Below, one piece after another: positions 15,138 to 16,050 of a stretch of 16,050 nucleotides of DNA; positions within the stretch are counted from its first letter, which is position 1; every line of letters starts with the position of its first letter. Both the position numbers and the translations under genes were made by a program. Below the pieces are notes generated by a model. The model searched no databases. It worked only from the letters and a program-made list of their open reading frames with translations, and had not been told where the DNA came from. Where the stretch lies: positions 1 to 16,050 of the forward strand of contig JBDHWW010000060.1 in assembly GCA_039810425.1 (NCBI GenBank), given 5' to 3'. Source of the stretch: Pseudobdellovibrionaceae bacterium. Lineage in GTDB: Bacteria; Bdellovibrionota; Bdellovibrionia; Bdellovibrionales; Bdellovibrionaceae.

Positions 15138-15848
15138 ATGAGGTTTTTAATTTCAATCCTTGTGTGCTTTGCGCCGCTCTTCGTTTTGGCGAAGGAGAAG
15201 ATCACGGTCGTCACTCAGTCCATCCCGCTGATGGTGGAGAGTGAGAATAAAGGTGTCTTTATCGACATCCTTCGCAAGTTCTTTGAGAAAACCGGTGTCG
15301 AAGTTGAAATCATGTTGCTTCCGCGCAATCGGGCTTTTGATTACTTTCGTAATAAAAAAGCTCTCATTTTGCTCCCCGGCGTGGGGCCAGAGCCGCTCGG
15401 GGATGCCTATTTGAAGACCGTGAACTTCTATGAAAAACGTGACTACCTCTTTTATCGTAAAGGCGATCATTACTCGTCAATACAATCCCTGAAAGGAAAA
15501 ACCGTGGGGATTACAAACGGATACCCGTATGCCCCGGAAATTCTTGAAACCGAAGGTGTGCATTTCGAGGCCGCACCGAGTGATGAAATGAATTTCAAGA
15601 AGCTCAGAAAGAATCGCATAGATGCCTTTCTGGCGGAAGAGTTCTCGGGGTTAACGGCTCTTAAGGAAAGCGGTGCTGAAGGAATCGTTTACGACAAAGA
15701 AAAGCCACTTTCGAAACTGCCGGTCTACATAGCGGTCCGTGACAGTGAAGAAGGCAGGAAATGGCATCGTTTTCTGAATGAGAAGCTTAAGGAAATGAAT
15801 AAGAATGCGCCGTTGATGGACCTCGTGCGCGCCCGGTTTAGCCCCTAA
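15138..15848 (+). CDS. Periplasmic substrate-binding protein, family 3 (amino-acid-type) fold
   Basis: Signal peptide MRFLISILVCFAPLFVLA. Motifs GVFIDIL...LPRNRA, SLKGKTVGITNGYPY and KKLRKNRIDAF. No adjacent permease or ATPase is visible. Confidence 0.85.
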   Translation: MRFLISILVCFAPLFVLAKEKITVVTQSIPLMVESENKGVFIDILRKFFEKTGVEVEIMLLPRNRAFDYFRNKKALILLPGVGPEPLGDAYLKTVNFYEKRDYLFYRKGDHYSSIQSLKGKTVGITNGYPYAPEILETEGVHFEAAPSDEMNFKKLRKNRIDAFLAEEFSGLTALKESGAEGIVYDKEKPLSKLPVYIAVRDSEEGRKWHRFLNEKLKEMNKNAPLMDLVRARFSP

Positions 15849-15973
15849 AAACTGGCCTGCAAGCTTCTGCCAGCAACATTTAAAAACTGATCCCTTACGC
15901 TGTTGATATGAAGTCCCAAGCACGGCGGATCTGCCTCCATGCGATGGGCAGGCGCTCGGGCTTAGGCGCTAAT

Positions 15974-16048
15974 CTATGTCTGCTTGATTAAAACCAAGTT
16001 ATGATAAAGCACATAAAGTGCAATGTGCAGATCAAGCCTCTCAGGCTT
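15974..16048 (-). CDS. Partial CDS entering from the right edge; C-terminus resembles IS1-like DDE transposases
   Basis: The frame is open from the window edge and reads KPERLDLHIALYVLYHNLVLIKQT*, recalling the K-x-E...H...Y-x-x-x-[YH]-N terminal helix of IS1-type transposases. Only 24 codons are visible. Confidence 0.35.
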   Translation of the reverse strand, partial: KPERLDLHIALYVLYHNLVLIKQT

Positions 16049-16050
16049 CT

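Noticed and set aside
15122..15140. TTGGCAC as a sigma54 -24 element
   Set aside because: There is no GC at the -12 position, and it is too close to the ATG.
1..16050. CRISPR array, tRNA or rRNA genes
   Set aside because: I saw no regularly spaced direct repeats or cloverleaf/rRNA signatures, and intergenic spaces are short.

Overview
A gene-dense bacterial chromosomal window. Gene content and linker motifs suggest Bdellovibrionota (inference). In order: (-) secreted Ig-like/beta-barrel-like protein; divergent region with sigma28-like motifs; (+) membrane-anchored protein with five FN3/Ig-like repeats, split by a single in-frame TGA (2433-2435); (-) cN-II-type HAD 5'-nucleotidase and rhodanese; (+) Pif1-family helicase; (+) M23 peptidase; (-) small secreted protein with a pre-pro-cationic-peptide layout; (+) stand-alone ribD; (+) small coiled-coil protein; (+) three-gene operon; (+) family-3 solute-binding protein; and a possible transposase-like 3' end at the right edge. 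The best candidate for an undescribed system is the operon at 9881-14993. It encodes a ZorB/MotB-like stator with a very long periplasmic coiled coil, a tail-less ZorA/MotA-like channel, and an FHA-coiled-coil-TM protein. It looks like a Zorya-like ion-driven motor, but in B-A order, with no ZorC/D/E effector in the window and with a phosphothreonine-sensing partner. All family calls come from motif recognition by eye; no database searches were run.
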